Source: an uncultured Flavobacteriaceae bacterium (GTDB taxonomy: Bacteria > Bacteroidota > Bacteroidia > Flavobacteriales > Flavobacteriaceae). From it: a stretch of 64,000 nt of DNA. The translations under genes were made by a program, and so were the position numbers. The notes below the pieces were generated by a model. The model did not search any database. It had not been told where the DNA came from and worked only from the letters and a program-made list of their open reading frames with translations. Below, one piece after another: positions 48,094-58,550 of the stretch (positions within the stretch are counted from its first letter, which is position 1; the number at the start of each line of letters is the position of its first letter). The DNA lies in the NCBI GenBank assembly GCA_905479475.1, contig CAJQMT010000006.1, positions 1,260-65,259 of the forward strand. The letters are read 5' to 3'.

Positions 48094-49062
48094 TTAAAAA
48101 ATCCCTTCTTTGATTAAGTCGTGTAGGTGAACAATACCCATATATTTTTCATTGTCGTTCACCACTAAAATCTGTGTAATTCCAAAATTTTCCAGCCTAT
48201 TCAGCGCATCGATTGCCATGTCGTTTGAGTTTATTGTTTTGGGATTGGAGTTCATAATATCTTGTGCCGTCAATTGACCAATATTTTCCTCGTTTTCTAA
48301 CATTCGACGTATGTCTCCATCGGTAATCATTCCTACAATTTTATCTTTGTCTAGAACCGCAGTGGCTCCAAGCCTTTTGTTGGAAATCTCAAGAATGACA
48401 TCTTTAATTTTTGTTGTTGGACTGACAGCAGGCAATTCGTGCTTGTCTACCAAATCACTTACTCGCAAGTAAAGACGTTTCCCTAGTGCTCCTCCAGGAT
48501 GGTACTTTGCAAAATCATTGCTTGAAAATTCTTTCAAGTTTAACAAGCAAACAGCCAAGGCATCTCCGATAACCAATTGAGCGGTTGTGCTCGTAGTGGG
48601 CGCCAAATTGTTTGTACAGGCTTCTTTTTCGATATAACAATTTAAGGTAAAATCTGCTTGCGTGCCCAAAAAAGATTCTGGATTTCCTGTCAATGCGATT
48701 AACTTGTTTCCGTAATTTTGAATTAGTGGAACAAGTACTTTTATTTCTGGGGTATTTCCGCTTTTGGAAATACAGATAACTGCATCCTCTTTTTGAATAT
48801 TTCCCAAGTCGCCATGAATGGCGTCAGCAGCATGCATAAAAATGGCAGGAGTCCCTGTAGAATTCATTGTGGCCACAATTTTTTGCGCAATGATGGCACT
48901 TTTTCCAATTCCGGTGATTATGACCCTTCCTTTCGAATTAAAAATAAAATTCACTGCATTTTCAAAATCAGTGTTGATTAAATTTTTTAAATTAGCAATT
49001 GCGTTGCTTTCTGTTTCGATAGTTTGCAACGCTATGTCAAGAATTGTATTTGATTTTTTCAA
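48094..49062 (-). CDS. kdsD: Arabinose-5-phosphate isomerase (KdsD/KpsF; SIS + tandem CBS)
   Basis: SIS motif ITGIGKSAIIAQKI and two C-terminal CBS domains. The start is uncertain. TTG 49062 gives the usual ~321 aa; the ORF-track ATG 49164 would overlap the divergent recQ start. Confidence 0.85.
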   Translation of the reverse strand: MKKSNTILDIALQTIETESNAIANLKNLINTDFENAVNFIFNSKGRVIITGIGKSAIIAQKIVATMNSTGTPAIFMHAADAIHGDLGNIQKEDAVICISKSGNTPEIKVLVPLIQNYGNKLIALTGNPESFLGTQADFTLNCYIEKEACTNNLAPTTSTTAQLVIGDALAVCLLNLKEFSSNDFAKYHPGGALGKRLYLRVSDLVDKHELPAVSPTTKIKDVILEISNKRLGATAVLDKDKIVGMITDGDIRRMLENEENIGQLTAQDIMNSNPKTINSNDMAIDALNRLENFGITQILVVNDNEKYMGIVHLHDLIKEGIF

Positions 49063-49137
49063 AAACTTTAATTTTTTAGAATAAAAAAAAATGATATCTT
49101 TATTTGCAAATGTATCTAAAATTAGATTAAGTAGAGA

Positions 49138-51339
49138 ATGAATAGTAAGGAAATTGACTTGCATGGCCCTTTGAAAAAGTTTTTTGGTTTTTCAAAATTT
49201 AAAGGTCTACAAGAGCAAGTAATTAGGAGTGTTATTGAGGGTGAGAATGCTTTTGCTATCATGCCGACAGGAGGGGGGAAATCATTGTGTTATCAGCTTC
49301 CGGCTTTGATGCAGGAAGGGACTGCAATTGTTGTTTCTCCATTGATCGCATTGATGAAAAATCAAGTAGATGCGATTCGAGGAATTTCTGAAAACGAAGG
49401 AGTTGCTCACGTTTTAAATTCATCATTAAATAAAACAGAAATTTCCAGAGTAATGGAGGATATCCGTACTGGAATTACAAAACTGTTGTATGTGGCTCCT
49501 GAGTCGCTTATCAAACAAGAATATGTGGATTTTTTAAAATCTCAGAAAATCTCATTCGTTGCTATTGATGAGGCGCACTGCATTTCTGAATGGGGTCATG
49601 ATTTTCGTCCAGAATATCGAAATTTAAAGAATATTATCCAAAGTATTGACAGTGTTCCTGTAGTGGGATTGACAGCGACTGCTACGGAGAAGGTTCAAGA
49701 AGATATCTTGAAAACATTAGGGATTTCTGATGCGAGAAGATTCAAAGCTTCGTTTAACAGGCCCAACCTTTTTTATGAGGTTCGCCCAAAAACAAATGAT
49801 ATTTACAGCGATATCATTCGTTTTGTAAAAGGGTATCAAGGAAAGTCAGGAGTGATTTATTGTTTGAGTCGAAAAAAAGTAGAAGAAGTTGCACAAATAT
49901 TGCAAGTGAATGGAATCAATGCGCTACCATACCATGCAGGTTTGGACGCAAAGACCAGAGCCAAACATCAAGATATGTTTTTGATGGAGGATACCGACGT
50001 CATTGTGGCTACGATTGCATTTGGAATGGGAATAGACAAACCAGACGTTCGTTTTGTCATTCATCATGATATTCCCAAAAGCTTGGAAAGTTATTATCAA
50101 GAAACGGGAAGAGCAGGGCGAGATGACGGGGAGGGGTATTGTTTGGCATACTATTCCTACCAAGATATTGAAAAGCTTGAGAAGTTTATGTCGAGCAAGC
50201 CTGTGGCCGAGCAAGAAATAGGACATGCTTTGTTGCAAGAGGTAGTCGGCTATGCAGAGACTTCCATGAGTAGAAGGAAATATTTGTTGCATTATTTTGG
50301 CGAAGAATTCGATGAGTTACATGGATTGGGAGCAGATATGGACGACAACACAAGAAATCCGAAACCAAAAATTGAGGCACAAGAGCAAGTCAAAATCTTG
50401 TTGACAATTGTACGCGATACAAAAGAAAAATACAAGTCCAAAGACATTGTTGCTACCTTGGTAGGAAAAGAGAATGCGATGCTGACTTCTCATAAAACAC
50501 ACGAGCGTGTATTTTTTGGTATTGGAAAAAAACACACGTCTGAGTTTTGGATGGCGTTGATTCGTCAAACTTTTGTGAGTAATTATCTCCGAAAGGAAAT
50601 TGAACAATACGGTGTATTGAAACTGACAGAAAATGGGAATTCTTTTATAGAAAACCCTACTTCTTTTACCATGACGGCAGATCATGAATATTCAAAAACA
50701 GAGGCTGTCGGTCAGGGAGTTGTGAATTCTCGACAGGTGACAGGTGACAGTGATAAAAAATTGATGCTCCTTTTGAAAGATTTGCGCAAGAAAGTGGCAA
50801 AGAGAAAAGGTGTGCCTCCTTTTGCGATCTTTCAAGACCCCTCGTTAGAAGCAATGACTTTACGTTATCCGGTTACAATGGAAGAATTGTCTAGTGTGTA
50901 TGGTGTTGGAGATGGGAAAGCACGTAAATTTGGAAAAGAATTCTTGGAACTCATTGCGACCTACGTTTCTGAAAATGACATCACGCGTCCCGATGATTTG
51001 ATTGTGAAAGGAACCGGATTGAAATCAGGTTTGAAACTTTACATTATTCAAAATACAGATCGAAAATTATCATTGGAGGATATTGCGAGTTCCAAAGGTC
51101 TTGAAATGGAGGATTTGATAAAGGAAATTGAGACAATCGTTTATTCGGGAACCAAATTAGATATTTCTTATTGTGTAGATGCCATTCTTGATGACGAACA
51201 ACAAGAGGAAATCATAGAGTATTTTATGGATGCAGAAACGGATGATATACAAGAAGCAATCGAAGAGTTTGATGGAGATTATGAGGAAGAAGACATGCGC
51301 TTGATGAGAATTAAGTTTTTAAGTGAAGTAGGTAATTAA
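49138..51339 (+). CDS. recQ: ATP-dependent DNA helicase RecQ
   Basis: MPTGGGKSLCYQLPA, DEAHCISEWGHDFRPEY, ATIAFGMGIDKPDVRFV, QETGRAGRDG-like, RQC and a C-terminal HRDC region. Confidence 0.96.
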   Translation: MNSKEIDLHGPLKKFFGFSKFKGLQEQVIRSVIEGENAFAIMPTGGGKSLCYQLPALMQEGTAIVVSPLIALMKNQVDAIRGISENEGVAHVLNSSLNKTEISRVMEDIRTGITKLLYVAPESLIKQEYVDFLKSQKISFVAIDEAHCISEWGHDFRPEYRNLKNIIQSIDSVPVVGLTATATEKVQEDILKTLGISDARRFKASFNRPNLFYEVRPKTNDIYSDIIRFVKGYQGKSGVIYCLSRKKVEEVAQILQVNGINALPYHAGLDAKTRAKHQDMFLMEDTDVIVATIAFGMGIDKPDVRFVIHHDIPKSLESYYQETGRAGRDDGEGYCLAYYSYQDIEKLEKFMSSKPVAEQEIGHALLQEVVGYAETSMSRRKYLLHYFGEEFDELHGLGADMDDNTRNPKPKIEAQEQVKILLTIVRDTKEKYKSKDIVATLVGKENAMLTSHKTHERVFFGIGKKHTSEFWMALIRQTFVSNYLRKEIEQYGVLKLTENGNSFIENPTSFTMTADHEYSKTEAVGQGVVNSRQVTGDSDKKLMLLLKDLRKKVAKRKGVPPFAIFQDPSLEAMTLRYPVTMEELSSVYGVGDGKARKFGKEFLELIATYVSENDITRPDDLIVKGTGLKSGLKLYIIQNTDRKLSLEDIASSKGLEMEDLIKEIETIVYSGTKLDISYCVDAILDDEQQEEIIEYFMDAETDDIQEAIEEFDGDYEEEDMRLMRIKFLSEVGN

Positions 51340-51391
51340 TCAGGTAGGTTTCACAAAGGGGAACTTATTTATTGAAAAAAAATAAATTGTT

Positions 51392-52249
51392 ATGGAGGAA
51401 AACTCCCAATTGACATTAGAAGAAATTAAAGAAAATACATCCAGTGCACAGCTCAAAGAGCTGATCCGAACAAAAGGAGGTAAGTTTGAGAGAATTATCA
51501 ATACCGTAGAGTACGAAGCAGAACTTAGAGAGCTTCAAGTTGAACTTGTAAAACTTCAAAATTGGATTTCAAAAAACAACAAACGTGTTGCTGTAATTTT
51601 TGAAGGTCGCGATGCTGCTGGAAAAGGAGGTGCTATCCGCAGATTTATGGAGCATTTGAACCCGCGTTCTTCCCGATTGGTAGCCTTGAACAAACCTACA
51701 AATATCGAAAAAGGTCAGTGGTACTTTATGCGATATATAAAAGAACTTCCAAATCCAGGAGAGATCGTTTTTTATGACAGAAGTTGGTACAACCGCGCAG
51801 TTGTAGAACCTGTAATGGGTTTTTGTTCCGATAAACAATACAATGAATTCATGTCTCAAGTTCCAGAATTTGAACACATGCTCTACGAAGACGGCCTAAT
51901 TATCATTAAATTTTGGTTGTCTATTTCAAAAGATGAACAAAAAAAACGATTTGATTCCAGAATGAAAAATCCATTGAAACGTTGGAAGTTCAGTCCTGTA
52001 GATCAAAAAGGCCAAGAGTTGTGGGACAAATACACTTTCTACAAAGAAAAAATGTACAGCAATACTCATACAAGTTATAGTCCTTGGATCATAGTACGGA
52101 CAAATAATAAAGAGACTGCTCGTTTGGAGTCCATCCGTTATGTGTTGTCTAAATTTGATTATGATGGAAAAGAAGAGGCGAGTACTCCTTTGTTTCCAGA
52201 TCCTAATGTAATTATGCACTATTTCCGCTCTTCACAACAAATTGACTAA
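51392..52249 (+). CDS. ppk2: Polyphosphate kinase 2 (single-domain PPK2)
   Basis: P-loop FEGRDAAGKGG, FYDRSWYNRA and the SPVDQKG lid region. Confidence 0.9.
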   Translation: MEENSQLTLEEIKENTSSAQLKELIRTKGGKFERIINTVEYEAELRELQVELVKLQNWISKNNKRVAVIFEGRDAAGKGGAIRRFMEHLNPRSSRLVALNKPTNIEKGQWYFMRYIKELPNPGEIVFYDRSWYNRAVVEPVMGFCSDKQYNEFMSQVPEFEHMLYEDGLIIIKFWLSISKDEQKKRFDSRMKNPLKRWKFSPVDQKGQELWDKYTFYKEKMYSNTHTSYSPWIIVRTNNKETARLESIRYVLSKFDYDGKEEASTPLFPDPNVIMHYFRSSQQID

Positions 52250-52253
52250 ATGT

Positions 52254-53045
52254 ATGCAAAAATCGGTTGATAAAAATTTGGAAACCTTGAATAAGTTGAA
52301 CACCAAAATTGGTGTCAAAGCGCTGTTATCTAGAGAAGAGGTGAGTGTTGAAAGATCCTTGCGAATCGTTGGCTACGAAAAGAAGTTAAAAAAACTGCAG
52401 GCAGAACTCATTAAAATGCAAACCTCTGTTATTGAAAACAATGAGCGAGTGATTGTTATTTTTGAAGGTAGAGATGCTGCTGGAAAAGGAGGTGCTATTC
52501 GTAGAATTACAGAGCGGATAAATCCGAGACACTTTCGGATTGTTGCTTTGTCCAAGCCTTCAGAAGAAGAGCAGACGCAATGGTATTTTCAGCGTTATAT
52601 AAAAAAGTTCCCCAAAGCAGGAGAGATTGTTTTTTTTGATAGAAGCTGGTACAACAGAGCTGTTGTAGAACCCGTAAATGGATTTTGCACAAAAGAAGAT
52701 TATGATGTTTTTATGAGTCAAGTGAATGAGTTTGAGAAAATGATCACTCAGTCAGGGATTCGTTTGGTAAAAATTTACATGTCAATTACTAAAAAAGAAC
52801 AGGAAAAGAGGTTTCAAGAAATTCAAAACAACCCTCTTAAGCAATGGAAAATGACTGCTGTTGATAAAAAAGCTCAAGAGTTGTGGGATTCGTATACTGA
52901 GTATAAATCAAAAATGTTTGATCATGCTGACCAAAAAGGGGTTCCTTGGGAAATTATCAATGCAAATCGAAAATCGTTGGCTAGAATAAACTCCATTGAA
53001 TATTTGTTAAAACAAATACCTTATGATAAAAAAAGAAAAGTTTAA
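52254..53045 (+). CDS. ppk2: Polyphosphate kinase 2, tandem paralog
   Basis: FEGRDAAGKGG and FFDRSWYNRAVVEP. It shows clear nucleotide-level similarity to the upstream copy around the P-loop. ATG 52254 follows the upstream stop by 4 nt; the ORF-track start at 52242 is a TTG. Confidence 0.9.
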   Translation: MQKSVDKNLETLNKLNTKIGVKALLSREEVSVERSLRIVGYEKKLKKLQAELIKMQTSVIENNERVIVIFEGRDAAGKGGAIRRITERINPRHFRIVALSKPSEEEQTQWYFQRYIKKFPKAGEIVFFDRSWYNRAVVEPVNGFCTKEDYDVFMSQVNEFEKMITQSGIRLVKIYMSITKKEQEKRFQEIQNNPLKQWKMTAVDKKAQELWDSYTEYKSKMFDHADQKGVPWEIINANRKSLARINSIEYLLKQIPYDKKRKV

Positions 53046-53068
53046 TTGTCTTTTGAAATAGAAAAATA

Positions 53069-53626
53069 ATGAAATTTCAGAAAGGAGATAAGGTGGCTGT
53101 TTTAGACGATGTTTTAAACGGTGTTGTGGTGAATGTTCAGGAAAATTTGATAACTATTGTTGAGGAAAGCGGATTTGAAATGACTTTTCAAAAAAAAGAA
53201 CTGGTAAAAACTGGAGCCTCTCAGTTTGAATTGTCTAAATTTTCGGATATCAACAACGCTTTGTTGTTGCAAAAAATAAATGCTTCTGAAAAGAGTAAGA
53301 AAAAGCAAAGAAAAGTCTCAAAAAAGGAGGCTGTAAGCCCAGCTTTGGAAGTTGATTTGCATATTCAGCATTTGGTGAAAAATTCTCGAGGTATGTCCAA
53401 TTTTGAAATACTCAATTTACAGCTAGATACTGCAAAGCACAAATTGGAATTTGCGATTCGAAAACGCATTTCCAAACTGGTTTTTATTCATGGTGTCGGC
53501 GAAGGTGTGCTAGAACGTGAATTAAAATACTTATTGGCAAAGTATCCAGTGAAACTTTTGGAAGCTTCTTATCAGAAATACGGACTTGGCGCAACTGAAG
53601 TACATGTGCTACAGAGAAAAAATTAG
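53069..53626 (+). CDS. Smr (MutS2 C-terminal-like) domain protein
   Basis: C-terminal EVDLHIQHL ... [20 protein letters not shown] resembles the Smr nuclease fold motifs. Confidence 0.7.
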   Translation: MKFQKGDKVAVLDDVLNGVVVNVQENLITIVEESGFEMTFQKKELVKTGASQFELSKFSDINNALLLQKINASEKSKKKQRKVSKKEAVSPALEVDLHIQHLVKNSRGMSNFEILNLQLDTAKHKLEFAIRKRISKLVFIHGVGEGVLERELKYLLAKYPVKLLEASYQKYGLGATEVHVLQRKN

Positions 53627-54471
53627 TTTTCTGGGATCTCAGAGGAAGAAAAACTCCCTGACTTGGTTCCAAATAAAAATCCATTTGTGTAATTGATTTC
53701 GTTTTCAGAGTTCGTTAAATTAAGTGTCTCAAATTCAAAACTAATCACATAATTTTGTTTGTATGTATTTGTTGGAACGGTGCTTGCCTCTATAAATGTT
53801 GTGCTGTTAGGATCTAGATAATCTACTATCAAATTGCTGTTTTCATCTGCAGTTTTTGATTCGTTGATAGAGTCGATTCCATCATTGTCATCGTCTTTGT
53901 CAAGATAATTAGGAACTCCGTCATTGTCTGTGTCATCATTCGTTGGGTCTCCGTCTCCATTCAAATCTTCTTCAAGTGTTGAAATATTGTCTCCATCGTC
54001 ATCGGTGTCAATGTAATTCGGATACCCATCGTTATCGGTGTCTAGGATGGTGCCTTCAACTTCAGTAGGCACATTGTCCTCGTCGTCTAGTGTTATTTCG
54101 TTCGTCACAAAAAGAGTTCCTTCTCCATTCCATTCTTTTAGAACGATTGGTTTGATTGGAGGGATTTCTTGACAGAAATAATCGTTGCTCACTCTATCTT
54201 CAAAAATTCGATAGAGGAAATTGTTACTACTCGCGCTTGAAATAGCATATGCTTCGTTGCTTCTCGCTGTTTTGAATAAATTACCGTCGGTATTGTTTTC
54301 GTCTAATTTTAAAATAAGCGCTTCGGTGCCACTACTACTGATTTTATGCAGCACTACATCTCCACAGTTTGACAAACTCACATCGTCAAAATCAAAGGAG
54401 GGAACATCAAAATCTCCATCATCGCAAGAGAAATTCAAAATCAGGAGGCTTAAGAAGCAAATTTTTTTCAT
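53623..54471 (-). CDS. Lipoprotein with thrombospondin type-3-like calcium-binding Asp repeats
   Basis: Lipobox LNFSC (start ATG 54471). It has repeated DxDxDGxxxxxD loops: [19 protein letters not shown]..., [32 protein letters not shown]. Confidence 0.75.
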   Translation of the reverse strand: MKKICFLSLLILNFSCDDGDFDVPSFDFDDVSLSNCGDVVLHKISSSGTEALILKLDENNTDGNLFKTARSNEAYAISSASSNNFLYRIFEDRVSNDYFCQEIPPIKPIVLKEWNGEGTLFVTNEITLDDEDNVPTEVEGTILDTDNDGYPNYIDTDDDGDNISTLEEDLNGDGDPTNDDTDNDGVPNYLDKDDDNDGIDSINESKTADENSNLIVDYLDPNSTTFIEASTVPTNTYKQNYVISFEFETLNLTNSENEINYTNGFLFGTKSGSFSSSEIPEN

Positions 54472-54592
54472 GTTATTTGTTTTAAACGCTAACAAATGTA
54501 AGGGTTTTATAAGGAAAGAGAAAAGTGTTTTTCGTTAATTTTAAAACGCCTATTTTTGTCTTCTTATTGTTTGTAACAAGAGTTCCTTTGTG

Positions 54593-55732
54593 ATGAAAAA
54601 AATATACCTAGACAACGCCGCCACAACACCCGTATATGAGGAGGTGATTGCTGCAATCGCTGAATCCATGCGTGCTGTTTTCGGAAATCCATCCTCTACA
54701 CATCAATACGGAAGAACAGCGAAGGCAGCAATTGAGAATGCACGCAAGAAAATAGCGCTTCAAGTGGGAGCTACTGCAAGTGAAATTATTTTCACATCTG
54801 GAGGAAGCGAAGCCGATAATTTGATTCTAAACAATGCTGTTGAAAATTTAGGGGTTACGCGTATCATTACCTCTGAATTAGAGCACCATGCAGTGTTAAA
54901 TGTGGTAAAAGAATTGAAAAATCAACAAAAAGTGGCCGTTCAATATGTGAAGACAAACGATGATGGAATTGTGGATTTGGTAGACTTGAGAGCGTTGCTG
55001 TCATCTGATAAAAACAAAACTTTGGTAAGTTTGATGTTCGTCAATAATGAAATAGGGACCATCTTAGAAGTAGAAAAAATAGGAGTCATTTGCAAAGAAT
55101 ACAAGGCCTTGTTTCATACCGATGCAGTGCAAGCAGTAGGGCATTTTGATATCGATTTAGAAAGCCTGGCTGTTGATTTTTTGGCTGCAAGCGCACACAA
55201 GTTTCACGGTCCGAAAGGAATTGGTTTTGCCTATTTTAAAAAGGGTTTTGGTGTAAAGCCAATGCTGTATGGAGGTGTGCAAGAAAAAGGGGCACGTGCA
55301 GGAACGGAAGCTGTTTCTTTAATTGTGGGTATGGAATTGGCCTTGCGTCAATCTTTGCTAAATTGGAAGCGTGATGTGTCCTACATCTATGATCTCAAGA
55401 AAAAATTTGTAGAATTGTTACAGGAAGAAATACCTTTGTTAAAATTCAATGGAGCCTCTTCTGATTTGAAAAAAACCACCGTTACAATTTTAAACGTGCG
55501 TCTTCCTAAGGAATTGCCGCTCTTGTTGTTTCAATTAGATATGCTTGGTATTTCAGTTTCTGGCGGAAGTGCTTGCCAAAGTGGAAGTAGACAGGGGTCA
55601 CATGTTTTAAAAAGTTTGTTATCTCAGAAACACCAAATGCATACCTCTCTGCGATTTTCATTCAGCAAATTTACCCGCTGGGAAGATTTACAATATGTTG
55701 TAGGTATTTTAAAAGAAAAACTGTCTGTTTAG
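54593..55732 (+). CDS. Cysteine desulfurase (class V aminotransferase, NifS/IscS-like)
   Basis: YLDNAATTP, PLP-lysine context SAHKFHGPKG and catalytic-Cys loop SGGSACQSG. Confidence 0.9.
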   Translation: MKKIYLDNAATTPVYEEVIAAIAESMRAVFGNPSSTHQYGRTAKAAIENARKKIALQVGATASEIIFTSGGSEADNLILNNAVENLGVTRIITSELEHHAVLNVVKELKNQQKVAVQYVKTNDDGIVDLVDLRALLSSDKNKTLVSLMFVNNEIGTILEVEKIGVICKEYKALFHTDAVQAVGHFDIDLESLAVDFLAASAHKFHGPKGIGFAYFKKGFGVKPMLYGGVQEKGARAGTEAVSLIVGMELALRQSLLNWKRDVSYIYDLKKKFVELLQEEIPLLKFNGASSDLKKTTVTILNVRLPKELPLLLFQLDMLGISVSGGSACQSGSRQGSHVLKSLLSQKHQMHTSLRFSFSKFTRWEDLQYVVGILKEKLSV

Positions 55733-55950
55733 GAAGTCAATCTTCCTTTCAGCCTTTTTTCAAATTTCTGCTTGATAACTGTAATCCTTTTCATGATGTC
55801 CATGATTTTTGGATCTTTATTTTCTTTGTAAATCTCGTTCAATCCTAATACCAAATCTTTTGCGGCATGGGATGCTTTGATTCTTTCGTCTCTAGATTTA
55901 AATTTAGATTCGTTTTCTTCGAACTCTAAAGCTTTTTTAATAATTTCCAT
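55729..55950 (-). CDS. Small helical hypothetical protein
   Basis: 73-aa Lys/Glu-rich ORF, convergent with the cysteine desulfurase stop and overlapping it by 4 nt. Confidence 0.4.
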   Translation of the reverse strand: MEIIKKALEFEENESKFKSRDERIKASHAAKDLVLGLNEIYKENKDPKIMDIMKRITVIKQKFEKRLKGRLTS

Positions 55951-56210
55951 GTAGGGTTTTTTTATGCTGGATTTATTTTAAAACTATTTTATACAAAACA
56001 AAGCATTTTGTTTTAGAAAAAGCAGTTTTGCTTCAAGAATATATGAAAATACTTTTATTTTTATAGAAACTACTTAAAAATTAACAAAAATTGTAGAAAA
56101 TTGAGTGTAATTTCTATGCAGAAGATCTTTTTTAAAGAATTTGTTCGTTCGAATTTTGAAAAAATTAAAAATTGGAATCGTATTATTGTGAGGAAAAATT
56201 TTTAAAAAAA

Positions 56211-57662
56211 TTAATTTTTCCGAGATCGTGGAGGCGAGTATCCAAACAGTTTTCTGATTTTGATCAAATCAGAGATCCCTTCGGGGAGCATTGCTTCCCA
56301 GCCTTTTTCTCGTTTGGAAATCATTTCAAGAATAGTTTTGGAATTTACATGTAAAATTTTTGAATCGTATTCTTGGATGTCCACAAGTTTCCCGTTGCGT
56401 TTGAAAAATTTGTACAATTCTTTCATTCTTGGGTGTACTTTGAGGTTTTTACTGGTGATGATTTCAGTCGCATTTGTTTGCTTGGAGGGGTACATGTATA
56501 TCTTGAGATCTTTGAAAAACAATTTTCCTACGGCTTCTAAAATCCCACCGCTTAAATTCCGGTAGTATTTTTCGTCAAAAACTTTGACCATGCTGTCAAC
56601 TCCCATTGCCAAGCCCATTCTATTTTTAGTAAATTCACTAAAATACTCTGTCAGTTTGTAGTATTCTTTGAAATTGGTGATCATTACATTTTGACCGAGT
56701 GAACATAGCAATTCTGCTCTGTCTAAGAAGTCACGCTCATTGATTTTTCCATCAGCACGTAGATTGGACAACGTGATTTCGAAAATAATTTTCGTGTTTT
56801 CTTTGTCAACTTTGTTTTCTTTGAAAAAAAGTTTTTTCGCATTTTCATAAATGTCCATGTTCACTTTCGTTACGGGACGAAAACTTCCACGATGTGTCAA
56901 TATGTTCTTCTTGTACAGTTCTTGTGCGGGTAATAAATTGACCCCAGAAGCGTCAAACATTACGGCATTGGTCATCTCATTTTTTACGAGCTGTAAACTC
57001 ATAAGACGGTTGTCTACATACATAAAACGTGGTCCAGAAAAATTGATCATGTCGATTTCTAGCTGATCCTTGTGCAGATTGTCATAGAGGGATATGAGCA
57101 AATCTTTGGGGTTGTCATTCAAATAAAAGGCGCCATAAATAAGATTTACACCGAGTTTTCCCAGTGTCTCTTGCTGCAAGGTAGCATCCGTTTCTTTGAA
57201 TCGCAAGTGTAAAACAACTTCATTGTAATCTTCTAAAGGGTCCAATTGGAATCGAATACCCACCCAACCATGGCCTTTGAATTTTTTTGCAAAGTCAATT
57301 GTTTGTACCGTATTGGCGTAGCTAAAAAAGAGTTTATCCGGGTCTTTGGCTCTGCTCAATCGTTCTTCCATGAGATTGATCTCGTGCTTTACCATTTTTT
57401 TTAGACGTGTTTCTGTAACATATCTTTTGTCATCTTCAATACCATAGATAGCATCTGAGAAATCTTTGTCATAGGCGCTCATTGCTTTTGCAATGGTTCC
57501 TGATGATCCGCCAGATCTAAAAAAGTTACGAACCGTTTCTTGTCCGGCTCCAATCTCAGAAAATGTTCCGTAAATATTTTTATTTAAGTTGATCCGCAAG
57601 GATTTGGCCTCTATCGTAGGAGTGTTGCTAATTTCTTGATCACCTTTTAATGTAACAGCCAT
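56211..57662 (-). CDS. Conserved-looking protein of unknown function (483 aa)
   Basis: Long uninterrupted ORF with core-like composition and the motif FSEIGAGQETVRNFFRSGGSSGTIAKAMSAYDKDFSDAIYG. I cannot place it in a named family. Confidence 0.6.
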   Translation of the reverse strand: MAVTLKGDQEISNTPTIEAKSLRINLNKNIYGTFSEIGAGQETVRNFFRSGGSSGTIAKAMSAYDKDFSDAIYGIEDDKRYVTETRLKKMVKHEINLMEERLSRAKDPDKLFFSYANTVQTIDFAKKFKGHGWVGIRFQLDPLEDYNEVVLHLRFKETDATLQQETLGKLGVNLIYGAFYLNDNPKDLLISLYDNLHKDQLEIDMINFSGPRFMYVDNRLMSLQLVKNEMTNAVMFDASGVNLLPAQELYKKNILTHRGSFRPVTKVNMDIYENAKKLFFKENKVDKENTKIIFEITLSNLRADGKINERDFLDRAELLCSLGQNVMITNFKEYYKLTEYFSEFTKNRMGLAMGVDSMVKVFDEKYYRNLSGGILEAVGKLFFKDLKIYMYPSKQTNATEIITSKNLKVHPRMKELYKFFKRNGKLVDIQEYDSKILHVNSKTILEMISKREKGWEAMLPEGISDLIKIRKLFGYSPPRSRKN

Positions 57663-57773
57663 GGTATAATAGTATAAAATGCAATTACAAAAATAAGAAA
57701 TTACGAAGTAGTTTGTGAAAATTTGTGGTATTTTTACGCGTGCTTTTTAGCAGGAAGTAAAGGAATTCATGAC

Positions 57774-58550
57774 ATGAAAAAAAAGATAAAAATACAGTTT
57801 TTGGGTACAGGTACTTCACAAGGAGTTCCCATGCTTTTATCAGATCATCCAGTGAACCAATCTAAAAACTCCAAAGACAAAAGATGGCGATCGTCGGTGT
57901 TGGTTTCGTGGGATGACTTTTCTTACTTGATTGATTGTGGTCCAGATTTTAGAGAACAGGTATTGCGATCAGATATCAAAAAAATTCACGGTATTTTTTT
58001 TACGCATGAACATTCCGATCATATTGCAGGATTGGATGATATTCGCCCTTTTTGCTATCAGACGGGCAGTATGCCTATTTATGGGAAAAGTAGGGTAATG
58101 GATGCCTTGGAAAAAAGGTATGATTATATTTTTCAAAAGGAAAATCGGTACCCAGGAGCGGCACAGGTCATTGAAAAGAGAATTGATGACACCCCTTTGA
58201 GTTTGCATGGCATGGTGGTTACCCCCATAAATGTATTGCACGGAAACTTGGATATTTTTGGTTATCGTTTTCAAAATTTTGCCTATTTAACTGACGTCAA
58301 GGAAGTAGTGGCTTCTGAAAGGGAAAAATTGAAAGGTTTGGAGATCATGGTAGTCAGTGCTATTCGAAACAAGCCACACCCTACGCATTTTAACTTGGAC
58401 GAAGCGCTTGCCTTTATTCAAGAAATAGGGCCGAAGAAAGCCTATATTACGCACATCAGCCACCTTTTGGGTTTTCATGATGAAGTGTCTAAAACCTTGC
58501 CAGAAAACGTCTATTTGGCTTATGACGGACTGGAAGTTTTTGTAGGGTAG
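57774..58550 (+). CDS. MBL-fold metallo-hydrolase (PhnP/GPD-like)
   Basis: FLGTGTSQGVP and HxHxDH motif (THEHSDHIAG). Start taken at ATG 57774. Confidence 0.85.
   Translation: MKKKIKIQFLGTGTSQGVPMLLSDHPVNQSKNSKDKRWRSSVLVSWDDFSYLIDCGPDFREQVLRSDIKKIHGIFFTHEHSDHIAGLDDIRPFCYQTGSMPIYGKSRVMDALEKRYDYIFQKENRYPGAAQVIEKRIDDTPLSLHGMVVTPINVLHGNLDIFGYRFQNFAYLTDVKEVVASEREKLKGLEIMVVSAIRNKPHPTHFNLDEALAFIQEIGPKKAYITHISHLLGFHDEVSKTLPENVYLAYDGLEVFVG

Noticed and set aside
49063-49164. ATG 49164 as the kdsD start
   Set aside because: It would add 34 non-conserved residues and overlap the divergent recQ start by 27 nt. TTG 49062 gives the usual length. This remains uncertain.
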